Made by a program: the position numbers and the translations under genes | Origin: Octopus bimaculoides | Lineage: Eukaryota | Direction of reading: 5' to 3' | DNA: 64,000 nt | Assembly: GCF_001194135.2 (NCBI RefSeq) | Contig: NC_068988.1 | Coordinates: 25,589,427 to 25,653,426, forward strand | Shown here: in pieces, positions 26,883 through 41,087 of the stretch | Layout: each line of letters starts with the position of its first letter | How positions within the stretch are numbered: position 1 is the first letter of the stretch | Notes under the pieces: generated by a model | Told to the model about the DNA's origin: nothing | The model's input: the letters and a program-made list of their open reading frames with translations, nothing else | Databases searched by the model: none

Positions 26883-28484
26883 GGAAACAAGTTTTATAAC
26901 GGATAATGTTTAATCTTCATATTTATGCACTAATAGTCTAAGGAAAACGTTTTTGAATTTTGTTTTGCTTCGACAGAATTTGCTTTCAGTATATTATGTG
27001 ACTGGGAAATATATTTATATGAAACAACAAATTTTAGAAATCTGCAAGCTAAGATAAGAAACTGAAAACCAAAGAGTGACTGTAAATATTTTGTGGACAG
27101 TATCCAGTATCATTGATTGGTTTAAACAGGGATATATATTTAATATAATTCATTTAGCTGTTAATGTTTAGTCTGTTTTCTATATACTCTGAAGTATGGA
27201 TGTAGAGGTTACATTACATGTCCCATTTTTGTTTTTTATTACTGTTATAAGTTCAATGTTCTCCAGACCCATTCAACATTATACACGGGCACTAAACGAA
27301 AATTAGGTATAAGGAATATCGTCACTATGATCAAATCTATAAACTATTACCGAAGTTTTGCCTGATAATTGGGAACTGAAATGAAGGTAAGTATATAAAA
27401 CATTGAATTTTGATACTTATAATATTTTCTGTCTCCGTACTAAATAAGACAATTCCTTCGTTTACGAAATCAGTTATATAATAATCTAACACAATTTATT
27501 ATAATTTAATTCATTCTCATCAAGGATGTTGTAGTTTTGGTGGCTTAAACGAGTTAAGTCTACAAATGCATGGACTATAAGCTTGATATTCTTTTTACCA
27601 AAGTGAAATATACTGAGACCATTACGGCAACAGTCGAATAATATACAAATACGAAATAAAAATATTGACAAGAGACCAAACGTTAGAAAATTCACTACTG
27701 CAATGAGAGAACGTAAAACAATATTAACAATAGCTGCGAGCTATATATATCTTTTTATGAAGCATTGGAGCATTATTTGGCCTACAAGGTCAATATATGT
27801 TGTGTAACAACACCTGTCATTCACATTATATTAGGTGCCATTATAATAGGTGTTTCTTTACACACAGCGTATAGTGTAAATGTTTTGCCGAATGACATAT
27901 ATATTATACTTATTTTACTAATATCACATCACACAATGAGGTACCAGCCATTAAGAGTAATCTTGGGGTGATATTGGACATGATTATGATAGTAAATTTC
28001 TTTGATCTAAAAAAGAATATATGCCTTTGACATAAAAATTTCTCATATATTGCTGTTTTACGTATTCTTTTAATACCTTGTAATGCATATAATATTTGCT
28101 ATTATTATATGTGTACATTGATATAATTCTATCTACAAATACACCACTATAAAACATCCTTTACTTTCTGCATATTGTAAATAAATATTTAAATAATATA
28201 TTCAGTTATGTCCAGGTGCCAAAATATTATGTTTTCTCTTTTGAGTAGTCGTTATCTTACCGTTTTTTTTCACTTGTAGTTATTACAAGTGATGTGAACA
28301 AATGGTATTAGCACTGAGATAAGGGATCATATTACTTCGTGCTGAGTCATTTTCAACTATAATTTGTTCATGCTGTATTCAATATTCGAGAAAACAAATT
28401 GTAGTGCGACATTATACTACTAAATATCCGTACAAGTGTATAGCAGATATAAAATATTTCTTAACGTACATACCCACATCTGCC

Positions 28485-28499
28485 TATCTATCTATCTGC

Positions 28500-28555
<56 letters not shown>

Positions 28556-28556
28556 A
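28485..28556. repeat. (CTAT)n microsatellite
   Basis: Read directly from the sequence. Confidence 0.95.
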
Positions 28557-31500
28557 TGTCTGTCTATATACATATGTACGTATGAGTGTATATTACTATT
28601 AGTGAGTGCAAGTGCGTGTACGTGAATGTGTTTTTTAGAGGACATTTAGTTTAAAACATATAGAACTTAGAACAATAAAATGCTGTATTTTCAATATTGT
28701 ATTGGTGTTTTTATTATTTTTTTTCATATTTATATTTGATTCCTCCAAGTTTTGTTTCTAATATAAGATTCCAGAATTCAATTGATCTTCTTAATTATAT
28801 CTCCTGGTTCAAATGATTTTAATGGCTGTTCTTTTTGCTATTTTTTTTATTGCGGTCGAAGATCATTGGAAACATTTGTGTTTGTTGCTCATTCATTATT
28901 AGCAGACATTAATTTTTCTGACATTTACGTCAGGTTTCCATCAATAATCAGAAAATAGTTTGGCCATGGCGTATGATGTTAATTTGCTGCTAAGTTTTAC
29001 CTTGCTATTAATTTGGCTTCAACGACTAATCTTCTACTTTGGTGGCGTACTCTATAAAATATATTAGATTTATAAGCTAATATTTTTATTTCTAGTTTTA
29101 TGTCTGGTGGTAAATGTTATATTATTGCGGATGTATGTCTTATGAGAAGCTATATGACTTATGAAGGGTATATATGTCTAAAACGATGCTAAAGCTTATT
29201 TGTGATTTTGCAACATTCATTTTTATTACTAAATTGGAAAATTAAAACTCTCATATGAAATTTCTTTGGTGGTTTGCACGCATGTAGTCTGTTCATCAAA
29301 TTGGAAGATCACAATTTGTGTGTTTTGCAATATAGTTTTATGCTAGGTTATAATTGTGGAATGCCTCATACCTGTTCTGCGATGAAATTAGTAAATAATG
29401 CTTTGCAAATGGTATCATTATTTTTCCAAGTAAGTGCTATGACTGTTTTGTATTTTTTAATGAACGTCCCTAATTTGGTAACATTTCTTTTTTTTATTTT
29501 TTTATCCTATTCGATTTCTTGTGCTGTTGCGTTTACAACGGTAATGACGTGTTATATTCATGTCCTGGCGTTTCTGGAAATGTTTCAAAAAGCACTGTTG
29601 TCATGTGTGCGTTATTTATCGTCTTATAAGTATACCTAAATCTAGAATTTATTTTATTTCATTTAACTTTTTGGTATTAGAAGTGGAATAATAGAAGTAT
29701 TTTTCATATCATTTTGCTTTGTGTGCTGCGACTGGTACCACAAACATACACACATTTTGATCACCATAAACGCTTACAGATATATCCCTTAGCTACATGC
29801 ATGTAAAATTAGTTACAAAACATCATGCCTTATTAAACACAAATAAATTTCATCTCAAAACATATGAAAATAACCTCATAATATTTATAACATCTGTAAT
29901 GAATATAAAATCACTTTTTCTAATTAAGTAAATTCATTCAAGCTTCATTCCGATAACTTCGAGTAACAAAACTGTTGCATTTTGAGAAAAAACACTTCAT
30001 GAATGACTATCAGAACACCTTTCATGGCTTTATAATAATCATCTGAATTAGAAATACAAAACACAGATACTCTGTGCCAACGACAATTGGTTCAATGAAA
30101 CCATTCTTCCGTCAACAGGACTTACTTTTATTTGTTAAGATACTTTCAGTACATACGTTGGATGCAAACATAAACGGACATATTTTATTGCCGTATGCTT
30201 TTAACCTTTCGAAAATTGTTTCCATGTATTTGTGTTCAAACTTCAAATTGTCACGAAAAGCATCAAATTACAAATATAATGCATGATCTCTTAGTACCCA
30301 ATTAAATGCCTTTATCTTCTTAAAAATCATGTAGCAATAGATTCCTAATCTTCTTGTATAATAGAAAATGATTCAAGCATGCAAGTTTCAGTTGCAGAAT
30401 TATCGTATGGGGCCCACTCAATTTCCTGTTTGATACTACTTGAATTACAATGATTTGTAGCTTGAGATAAGCTATTGTTGCTTTCGACATTGTCAACTCT
30501 ATATAAACGTAGTATTATAGATTCTTTCTTCTATATTGTCATGTACTGCTAGGCACATTATAATCCTTACTTGTTTCATTTGTGAGAAGCATTCCAATCT
30601 GCGGTTAACCAATAAGAATATATTAAACTCTCCTGTGTTTAAAATGCTACATACACGTACATGCAATAAATATACACACGCACACACGTGCTTACATAAG
30701 CATGCACATATACTGCTCGAAAATTTCTTTCAATGATCCAGATTTTAAAGTATGTTTTTTCTTCTTTTTTTTCCCTTAGAAATATCAGCATCTTTCCGCT
30801 CTCAAAATTTTCCCTTCTCCAAAGTGGTCCAAAGGAAAGCAAGAATAGACATGATTTGTTTCAAGTGTTTTCATTAGTGCCCTCATGTCATAATATAAGG
30901 AAAGAGAAGCCTTAAGGAATCTTGACCACCGCCGACAGATGCACACCTTCGACTTTTGTATTATTTATCGAACAGGGACGCATTAAAATCACAGTTTATC
31001 TCGGCTCGAGTCAGAGGTCAGAGTGCAGAGAAATGGAATATTTATCGGAAAGTATTTTGTCCCGTAATCTAAAATATAAATCGATGGACAATCGATTTAT
31101 ATTCGAAGGATTTCATCGGAATCTGTGTCTGAACCTATCCTGTAAGTAAGTTCCGCATGACATGTTGGCTTTTATGAGAGCATCTTTCCAATATAGCCTA
31201 AATTGTGTAGTCCTGCATTCTTCTCACAAAGATAATACATATTAGATTTTATTGAGAAATAAAACAGAAAAGCAACTTTTACAGTTCTTTAAATGTTATA
31301 TCTGATTCAATATTGAAGTTAACATGTACGAAAACCCAGTAAGTATCTTTGAAACATTCACTTTACTTCGATACAAACGAAATTTTATGCGTCTATAAAT
31401 TAAAATAATTTGACATTTATTGAAATGTAAAGTTTTGATGTTATCTAGTAAGAGAAAATATATTAGAATATAAAACTGGAACTTTAAATGCATTTTAAAT

Positions 31501-32771
31501 GTTCTTTTTTTTAATATGTAGTGTTATTCGTTCTTTGTTCATATATAACTGTCACTGAACTTCAAATCATATTTTATCAAGCGCGAACAAAATCGTTGTA
31601 AAACGCTGAATAAGCGCTAAAGTTCGTAGTTGTAGTGCTATCGTCTGGTCTTTCGATAGAACAATTAGATCTACTTATTCGGTGAGGAAGAGCAACCACA
31701 TGGTACTAATAGGAAATGATTGCGACCAAGATTGAAGTTTGCTTGGAGCATAATATTAACACCTAGATGTTTACACGTTTAATGAAAACGTATTAAGGTT
31801 ATGAATATATCGTACGCATAAAAATGTGTATAAACTCAACACAAGTGACGGCACGCATATACACGTGTTCCGTCGTATGTGTGCGTATGCTGTTCATCTG
31901 AGTATATATCCGCACAAGGGAAACGTAAGTGTATACTTTTCGGACAACGTTGATACTGAAGTAAATACTGTACCACTGTTTATGTCTGTTTATCTGTGGC
32001 TCTCCTGCAATGTTCGCTTTAAAACCATTCTTGGCAGATATCAATGAAAATCTAAAACAGAAAAATCTTTAATTCAGGCGACAATTCTGTCTAGACAATA
32101 ATCTTGTATCAAACAATCATAGTTACATCATATCTGCCACGAAGCTCAAAACTATGAAATCAACACAACTTCAGATACAAACATTGTATTAGAAAAGTGT
32201 ACAGAAAAATGAGACAGTATAAATATCTGAGGTAGATGCTGTTATCTGGGTGTCTCTGGAATCTAGGTGAAATATGTTGCAAAAGCTTATTATTATTTGA
32301 GAAGCTCTCTATTGTTGGAGGTGAATAGATACATCAGGTCTGAGGTCACTGTGAAGAAGACGATGAAACGAATCACGTAAGGATGCTAAGAGTTATGTCC
32401 CTTGGTATCAAAACAGCGCCTCTATAGGTGGTTTTGCTACAAGTCAGCAAGTGTTTTCCGGAAAAGAGTCTGTGGGAAACGTGTGTCCTTAAGGCTGGTG
32501 TTGTGGAAATGGAATCCGTGTAGTAATACTATATGTATAGCCTTTGCTGGGTATGAGATACACATGTGTGTTTGTTAGCATTTGTTTTATGTTTTGATTA
32601 AATCTGTGGGACATTTATGTATGCATGCAGTGCGTGTAAGCGTACAATATTTGTGATGGCTTATATTGGGGTGGGGGGGGTCGAAAAAATATATTGGGTG
32701 AGGGTTCATCGTGCTAGGCTGCGTGTATTTGTTGAAGCATTAGTGTAAGTTATGGTCAGACTGGTGAATAT

Positions 32772-32970
32772 GTTTGGTTCCTACCACCGTTTGACAACCG
32801 GTGCTGCTGTATTTACCTACCCGTTACTTAGCGGTTCGGAAAAACGGACTGACAGAATAAACACCAGACTAAAGAATATGAGATGTTGGGCTCCATTCGT
32901 TCGAAGAAATTGTTAATGGTGGTGCCCCAATCTAATCAATGAAACAAGTAAAAAAATGTAAAAGGTAAAA
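32772..32970 (+). mobile_element. 3' half of SINE family C (diverged)
   Basis: tttgacaaccggtgctg...cttagcggttcgg...tgaaacaagtaaaaaaatgtaaaag is homologous to 26721-26882 and 40421-40590. Confidence 0.65.
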
Positions 32971-34389
32971 TGTGGTTGCGTGTAAGAGTATATGTATATG
33001 CACATATGCATATATTCATATATNNNNNNNNNNNNNNNNNNNNNNNNNNNNNNNNNNNNNNNNNNNNNNNNNNNNNNNNNNNNNNNNNNNNNNNNNNNNT
33101 TTATACATATGTCTATATATATTTTTGTATGTTTATATGTGTGTGTATGCGTGTGCTCTGTGTGAGAGAGTGATTGAAAGAATCAGATTTCGATTAAGAG
33201 AGAGAAGATGCATCATGAAGAGAAATAAAAACTAAAGAGAAAACGGAGAAAAAAGTAATACAGATAATGTTTATGCAGCTAACACCGACATACCCACTAC
33301 AATGCTACGAATGTCTTTCTGTAATGTTCTAGAATCAATATGAAGTCCTACCAAAACGATGAGTAAAATTCTTCGCAAAAATAATTAGGTTACTTCAACA
33401 GAAACAGAAAAATACCTCACTTATGGAGCAGTGACAATGCGCCTTTAGTAATCGTCATTGTAAATGCAGCCAATGCTCAGAAAATGTGTTACCTGTGCAT
33501 TGCTATTTAGAAGCCATACGTTTCTATATTGATATACTTAAGACTAAAATGCTAGTGGGCAAATCTAAACCACATGTATTAATTTGTGACGAATAACAAA
33601 AGTGATTCAACTCTTTGTAGAAATAGCTCAGTGACAGCTACAAAAACAGACGAGAATACAATAGGAAATAGGCTCCTGTTGATGCGCCAGTAGGAGATTA
33701 TCTTTGCTGACTAAAAGCTGATTAACGATCTAAAGTAACCAGAAAAGTGATAGCAACAACATAAAGCAAGTCAGAATTTTATATATGAATACATAAAATA
33801 CATAAATACGTAGGATTTTGCTAAAAAAAAGTCTGCCAACAACATGCACATCATAAAATCGTGTGCATATATGCATGTGTGTGCGCATATNNNNNNNNNN
33901 NNNNNNNNNNNNNNNNNNNNNNNNNNNNNNNNNNNNNNNNNNNNNNNNNNNNNNNNNNNNNNNNNNNNNNNNNNNNNNNNNNNNNNNNNNNNNNNNNNNN
34001 NNNNNNNNNNNNNNNNNNNNNNNNNNNNNNNNNNNNNNNNNNNNNNNNNNNNNNNNNNNNNNNNNNNNNNNNNNNNNNNNNNNNNNNNNNNNNNNNNNNN
34101 NNNNNNNNNNNNNNNNNNNNNNNNNNNNNNNNNNNNNNNNNNNNNNNNNNNNNNNNNNNNATATATTTATATATATAAAGGTTATGAGAGGTAATGGTGT
34201 CAATAAGACCTAAAGGTGTCAGGTAATGCTATGTAAGTGCTATGGACAGACTATAGTTAAGCTCCAGGTTCGGTGATTATGCGAATGAGGAGTCCAACGT
34301 AGGTCATATATCAGCATGTGTATATATAAAAATGTCCAGAACGAGTTAAAATTCCAAGGCTCTGAAAGATTTTTGAACATTTATAAATA

Positions 34390-34437
34390 GGTCTTACACC
34401 TGTTACCGGGATATTATATATATCCCTTCATCGGAGA
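34390..34437 (-). ncRNA. Degenerate minimal type-I hammerhead ribozyme motif
   Basis: Minus strand reads agtct-CCGAUGA-a-gggatat-ata-atatccc-g-GUAA-caggtg-UA-agacc. Stem II is perfect over 7 bp; stem I is agtct/agacc; the core has point changes. Same family as 39975-40025. Confidence 0.5.
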
Positions 34438-35063
34438 CTGTGTGAGAAGATGGTTAAGCAATAGTTATTTTAGATAAGATATGAAATAGACGTGAGATAT
34501 GCAGGGATATTGCATCTGTAGATCCATTATTTAGGCAGAATGGTATACAATACGTAATCACCCATGTATGTATATATATATTTATATATACAACAAACCC
34601 TAATGGTGTGAATTTTTAAAACAATTCTTTAGGGACAAACGGTTTTCACAATGAATCCCAATCTAATCGGAATCTACACGATCTAAAGCATATTTATAGA
34701 AAATTCCCTTAAGAAATAGCTAGAAATACCTAATTTTCTCAAAGTTATGAGGAAGCAAGTCTTTGGGGCACAATTTTGTAGATATATATACAAGGATGTA
34801 TATCAAATTAACTCTGTAAAAATGTATGTGCTTGTGTATATATTTATATATGTTTCTGTATACATTTATACATATGTATAAGTTTCAGAATATATTAGAA
34901 TAATGGAATAAAAGTTAGTCATAATAAAAGATCACTAAAAAATGTATTTCCTTAAGTTTTAACTACTGTTTGTGGCACACATATTTACGCAATTTTGCTT
35001 ATACATACATACAGACATATAAATATATGTGCGTGTTTGTGTATTTGTAAAGAATATATATAT

Positions 35064-35536
35064 NNNNNNNNNNNNNNNNNNNNNNNNNNNNNNNNNNNNN
35101 NNNNNNNNNNNNNNNNNNNNNNNNNNNNNNNNNNNNNNNNNNNNNNNNNNNNNNNNNNNNNNNNNNNNNNNNNNNNNNNNNNNNNNNNNNNNNNNNNNNN
35201 NNNNNNNNNNNNNNNNNNNNNNNNNNNNNNNNNNNNNNNNNNNNNNNNNNNNNNNNNNNNNNNNNNNNNNNNNNNNNNNNNNNNNNNNNNNNNNNNNNNN
35301 NNNNNNNNNNNNNNNNNNNNNNNNNNNNNNNNNNNNNNNNNNNNNNNNNNNNNNNNNNNNNNNNNNNNNNNNNNNNNNNNNNNNNNNNNNNNNNNNNNNN
35401 NNNNNNNNNNNNNNNNNNNNNNNNNNNNNNNNNNNNNNNNNNNNNNNNNNNNNNNNNNNNNNNNNNNNNNNNNNNNNNNNNNNNNNNNNNNNNNNNNNNN
35501 NNNNNNNNNNNNNNNNNNNNNNNNNNNNNNNNNNNN
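35064..35536. other. Assembly gap flanked by (TA)n
   Basis: N run. Confidence 0.99.
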
Positions 35537-35667
35537 ATATATATATATATATACATACACACACACATCCACACAAATAAACATATATGTATACACACAT
35601 CACATGCTTATATACCTTTGGATACGCAATGAATATATATATATATATATATATATTAATATATATG

Positions 35668-35698
35668 TATAGATAGATAAATAGATAGATAGTCAGAC

Positions 35699-35757
<59 letters not shown>

Positions 35758-35772
35758 GAGATAGATAGATAC
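35668..35772. repeat. (GATA)n microsatellite
   Basis: Read directly from the sequence. Confidence 0.95.
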
Positions 35773-38287
35773 GTCTATACATACCCACGACCACACGCGC
35801 ATACACATACATATATGGATACATACGTACAAGGATGCGCATGTAAGTGACAGTAGTAGTAATTATGCACGGAGATGTGTGTCAATATGTAAACCAATTT
35901 GAAAGTAAGCATAGTTTCTCAGAAATATAGCACACATGTATAGATTAAGATAGAAATGCCTAAAACAAATATATACAAATATACATATTAATCCTTTGCA
36001 GAGAGAAGATTCGTCTTGTTTAGCTCTGTCACTAAGCTAAGTGCCCAGTCAATAAATGAATCTAAATGCCATTACTGAAATTGCTTTCTATCGACCTAGT
36101 GTTGATTGAGCAACGTATGAAAGAAGACGGCTAGTGGTAATTCGATTTTAAGGAATATATTTTTGTCTCGTCAGAGAAGCAGAAGAATGTAAATAGTGAA
36201 GATGTTTGTCTGCAGAGAAGGATTCATATTTTAAAATAGAAAAGGGAAAGAAAATGCACGCTGATGTCGATGTTTGAAAAATAACTCATAAATATGCTCA
36301 GGTGTTGCAGAGTTTTTCAGCTAAATTTAAAAACACACACATATACTCACAAGTATATGTTTATGGATGTATATAATATACATAAAAATGTGTATTGCAT
36401 TATGTGCAGGCATTTATATGTTTAAATATGCGTACACACGCACACATACATTTATAACAAGAAAAGTACAAACAGGCAGTTAGCAAATATCCAGTCAATT
36501 TGTAACTCAATATTCATATCTATATTATATATACATGGCTGCGCATATATAATTCACCACCTCGTGATTAGATTCACCACCTCGAATCTAACCACTAAAA
36601 GTTTGAAATTTCCGGCAAGTAGCATGCCTTTTACCAGTTACGCGACCATTTTAGAAAGAGCTGTAACTAATGTTTTCATATGTGACACCATCGATCTACC
36701 GTCTAGACTACGTCTCATCAACAATAAGTACTGGTCAGTCAAAGTCGATTTGATGGAGCGAGTGATCTAATGTACAGCACATATATTTGATCACTATAGC
36801 AAGAAATTACAGAGCCACGTTTCTCAGATTACGGGACAATACCATTACTCAAATACACACATATACACACACGCATATGGTACGTTGGCAAGTGAATCCT
36901 TGAATCTGTGGGCATGCGTGTATATATGTTGACGTGCATGTGGACACCGTAAAGGCATATAAACAGGTAAATTATGTATGATTTAATAAGCAGAAAGACA
37001 CAGTGAATATGTAAATATAGCAACAAGCAAATATAACTGTGAATGTTCTCTTAGAAATTTTGATCACACTTACATGTAGACATACATTCGTATATGCAAG
37101 AATACATACAAATTCACATAGACCTACGGCATTCTTCTTTGCAGGGGTTATTTTGTACCATATTCTAATCCTTAATATCTAGAGACTTATTTACACCGAA
37201 TTCCGTCTTACGAAAAACGAATGCAAAAACCAAACAACGAAACCCAAACTATTTAGGAGTCTCTAAATTCATATCGTGTAAACATGAACATCAATGTAAA
37301 CACACACGCCCATACACACATATATATAATATATACACATGCACACGCATACTAATACATTATACACATATATATATAAATATATATATATATGTATATA
37401 CAAGAAATGAGGGCAGGGAATCGTCAATTAATAATAAAATTAACAATTAACAATTTTGCCAAGTAGTTCAGTATGAAATAAACCTTTATCGGTAAGACCA
37501 TTTATCATCATAAANNNNNNNNNNNNNNNNNNNNNNNNNNNNNNNNNNNNNNNNNNNNNNNNNNNNNNNNNNNNNNNNNNNNNNNNNNNNNNNNNNNNNN
37601 NNNNNNNNNNNNNNNNNNNNNNNNNNNNNNNNNNNNNNNNNNNNNNNNNNNNNNNNNNNNNNNNNNNNNNNNNNNNNNNNNNNNNNNGAGAGAGAGAGAG
37701 AGAGAGAGAGGAAGAATAGGAGAGAGTTAGTGAATGACAGAGGGATCAGTAAGTGTACATACATATGGATAAGTATTAAGGGTGTGATGATGGAAGAAAT
37801 GCAAATTAGTGTCAATAAATACTGTATATTCTGTTTACAGAAAGAATTAATAGAGAGAGCAAACCAAAAGACATTTGTATATGTGTCTTTTAGGAAAGAT
37901 CAATGCAATCTTCCCAGTTAAAATGAAAGAGAACATTTAACAACTTGTGCTTTCTCACGTGTAAATAGTTTGATTGGAAGAGACAAGATTGAACAGCCAA
38001 TAATATTATTCTCCGCTGAGTTCTTCCCGCTTAATGCATCAGTCGCCTACTGGAATTGACGTATGAAATGAAACGTGAACTGAAATGTACATTTCGAATA
38101 TTATGCACATATGTGCATATAGGCTTGTAGTTCTCTATATATATTCACCCATGCTCTCTCTCATACAGACATACACCTCTGTCCTGGCTGTCTACCTATT
38201 AATCTATCTATCTATCTGTCTGTTTGGTTATCTATCCATGTCTGTATGCATGTACGTATGTACGTATATATAAATGTACACACACAT

Positions 38288-38319
<32 letters not shown>

Positions 38320-38329
38320 NNNNNNNNNN

Positions 38330-38389
<60 letters not shown>

Positions 38390-39974
38390 TGTATTTAAGT
38401 ATATATATATATATATTTAAATAAATTCACTCTCAGTTTCTCTCTGTCCGTATGTATATCTATGCATGTACGTATGCACGTACGGATTCATATGTGTGTG
38501 TATGTGTGCGTGTTCATATATACGGATATATATGCCAATATATGTACGTGTCTAATAGATTTATTCACTCATGCATATTTATGTGTGTGTATGTGTGTCA
38601 ATGTCAGTCGATAGAAGTACACGTATATCTAAATTATATTTAAAAAAACACGCAGATATGTACGTGTGTATATGTATGTCAGTATGTATGTGTGCGTGCC
38701 TCAAGCTAAAAAGTGATTAATATTTCCATACTACATTGTGTTCTGAGAAATTCAAAGAACAAAAGGGCATAATTATTACCATGTCTAGTCTTCCATAATT
38801 TTCATAAATTCCTACATTGTTTTATCACTATCATATTACCTACCATTGGATACTATGTTTGTGATTACACATTTTCAAGTGTTTTTGACGGAGGATAATT
38901 CGAGCATAATGATTTGTATTTGAACATGTATATATAACTTTAATAATTCTAACATTTTGGGATATTTCTCTTATTGCAATGACAATCAACAAGAAACGAG
39001 ATTTAAGCCATATTCTTTTGATATGCAGTATTACACTATTGAAGTGACCGCAAGCTATGTTTGTCCCTTGTCTTGTAATGGAATATATGATTACAGTATA
39101 CTTAAACAGAATGCTAATGAAATACGATTGACTCGAGTGTGTATGTATAAGATATACATATATAATAACAAACCTGTAGTTCTCAGAATGTTCTTTGTTT
39201 TTCTCACCGGATATTTTCCCTCTTTCCTCTTTCTGACGAAGAGCCATGCTTGAAACGTGACATACCCTTGCTTTTATTTTCTTTATTCTGCTTTCATGTT
39301 TTGGAGATCATTGTGTCTATGTGATATTGCAGGACCTATAGTTGAGAGTGTCTACTATGTGAAACTATGGTCTGAGGAGGTGATCTAAAAAAAAAATGCA
39401 AGACTCTAAATTCTGTACATCCCGAATATTGATTAACAGTATCAGAATTTGTAGTAAGATGTTACTATGTAAATGTGATCTATGTTGTTTAATTTTCATG
39501 TCATACGTAATTTGTTATCTATGAATGGAAATGAAAATTGAAAATCTGATTCAGTTAAGTATATGGCTAAATATATATGAATAGCAAAACGACTATTTGT
39601 GTGTTTTTCTTAATCAGCAACAAAATATTTACAAATGTTCTAGTAATATGATAAATCTCAATTTGTTATGTCTTCCAAAACATCACGAAAGAAATTGGAA
39701 ATAATGGTTAGGTAAGTGGAATTGACATAACTCTATTATTATCTATTTCGTATTTCTATACAAAATTCTACTGATCGATAATGTGTTTTATCGCATTTAT
39801 GATTTTAATCGTCTCCGTAACAGACAGAGAAATTGTGTGGATTACGAATAGACGTAGATATGAGCGTATATTTCTTCAAAGTAGAGATATGAAGAAATGG
39901 GTTCTATACACCACTTTACTCGAATAATGGAACTGCAACTTCAATATCTTTATATATTTTATTTTTTTATTTCT

Positions 39975-40025
39975 ACTTTCTTGATGAAGGGATATCCATA
40001 ATATCACAGAAACAGCTGTAAGACT
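39975..40025 (+). ncRNA. Degenerate minimal type-I hammerhead ribozyme motif
   Basis: acttt-cUUGAUGA-a-gggatat-ccata-atatcac-a-GAAA-cagctg-UA-agact. It has a stem II, the GAAA box, a palindromic stem III (CAGCUG) and a GUA cleavage triplet. Confidence 0.5.
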
Positions 40026-40384
40026 ATATGAATATCTTTTTTCCTAAAAAATATCCTGAAAACTACTCACAGCCTTAGTTTTGTCATCTCCTTTTGTCTA
40101 ATGTATATATAAATTGTATACTTCTTTAAAAGGATGTTTTCCGGAGAAAAAAACCGCAGCTTCAGGTGTTTAAACAACACACCTACGTTATGTATTTTGC
40201 ATTAATATCTATATCCTTCCGCCACCATTCTTTGGATATTTAACCTAACATGCATAACTTACTTGATGTACAGATATATATGTGATTATACATATATGCA
40301 TATATTCATGTATGCATACAAGCATATACATGTACATATTCTTTTACTCTTTTCATATATACATACAAGCATACAGACGCGCGC

Positions 40385-40420
<36 letters not shown>

Positions 40421-40425
<5 letters not shown>

Positions 40426-41087
40426 ACTATTTTACTTGTTTCAGTCATTTGACTGTGGCCATGGCGGAGCACCGCCTTTGTAGTCGAGCAAATCGATCCC
40501 AGGACTTATTCTATCGGTATCTTATATTACAGGGACGTAAACACACCAGCATCTGTTGTCAAGCGATGTTGGGGGAACAAAACAGAGACGCACAAACACA
40601 CACACACANNNNNNNNNNNNNNNNNNNNNNNNNNNNNNNNNNNNNNNNNNNNNNNNNNNNNNNNNNNNNNNNNNNNNNNNNNNNNNNNNNNNNNNNNNNN
40701 NNNNNNNNNNNNNNNNNNNNNNNNNNNNNNNNNNNNNNNNNNNNNNNNNNNNNNNNNNNNNNNNNNNNNNCATATACATAATTAAGGGATCAGCAAATAT
40801 TTGCTTCACCATATACCGAAGTTCAGAAATAGCAGCTAAAAAAGCTCGGAATCCCACATTTATTAATTAATAAATTGATAATCCTTTACCCTTTTAATTT
40901 GTAATAATTATATATATACATATATACGACGGGCTTCTTTCAGGTTCCGTCTACCAAATCCACTCATAAGGCATTGTTCGGCGCGAGGTTATAGTAGAAG
41001 ACACTTGCCCAAAGTGCTACGCAGTGGGACTGAACCCGGAACTATGTGGTTCGTAAGCAAGCTTATCACACTGCCACTCCTACGCCT
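40421..41087 (-). mobile_element. SINE family C split by microsatellite and gap (3' half 40421-40590, 5' half 40925-41087)
   Basis: Both halves are reverse-complement homologues of 26401-26882, in the expected order. Confidence 0.8.

Noticed and set aside
27261-27386. Plus-strand exon-like segment ending ATGAAG|GTAAGT
   Set aside because: All frames contain stops and no compatible downstream exon was found; a non-coding or 5' UTR exon cannot be excluded without RNA data.
36552-36591. 13-bp direct repeat (period 20) with an overlapping 8-bp inverted repeat
   Set aside because: A small slippage duplication with only two units; not an array.
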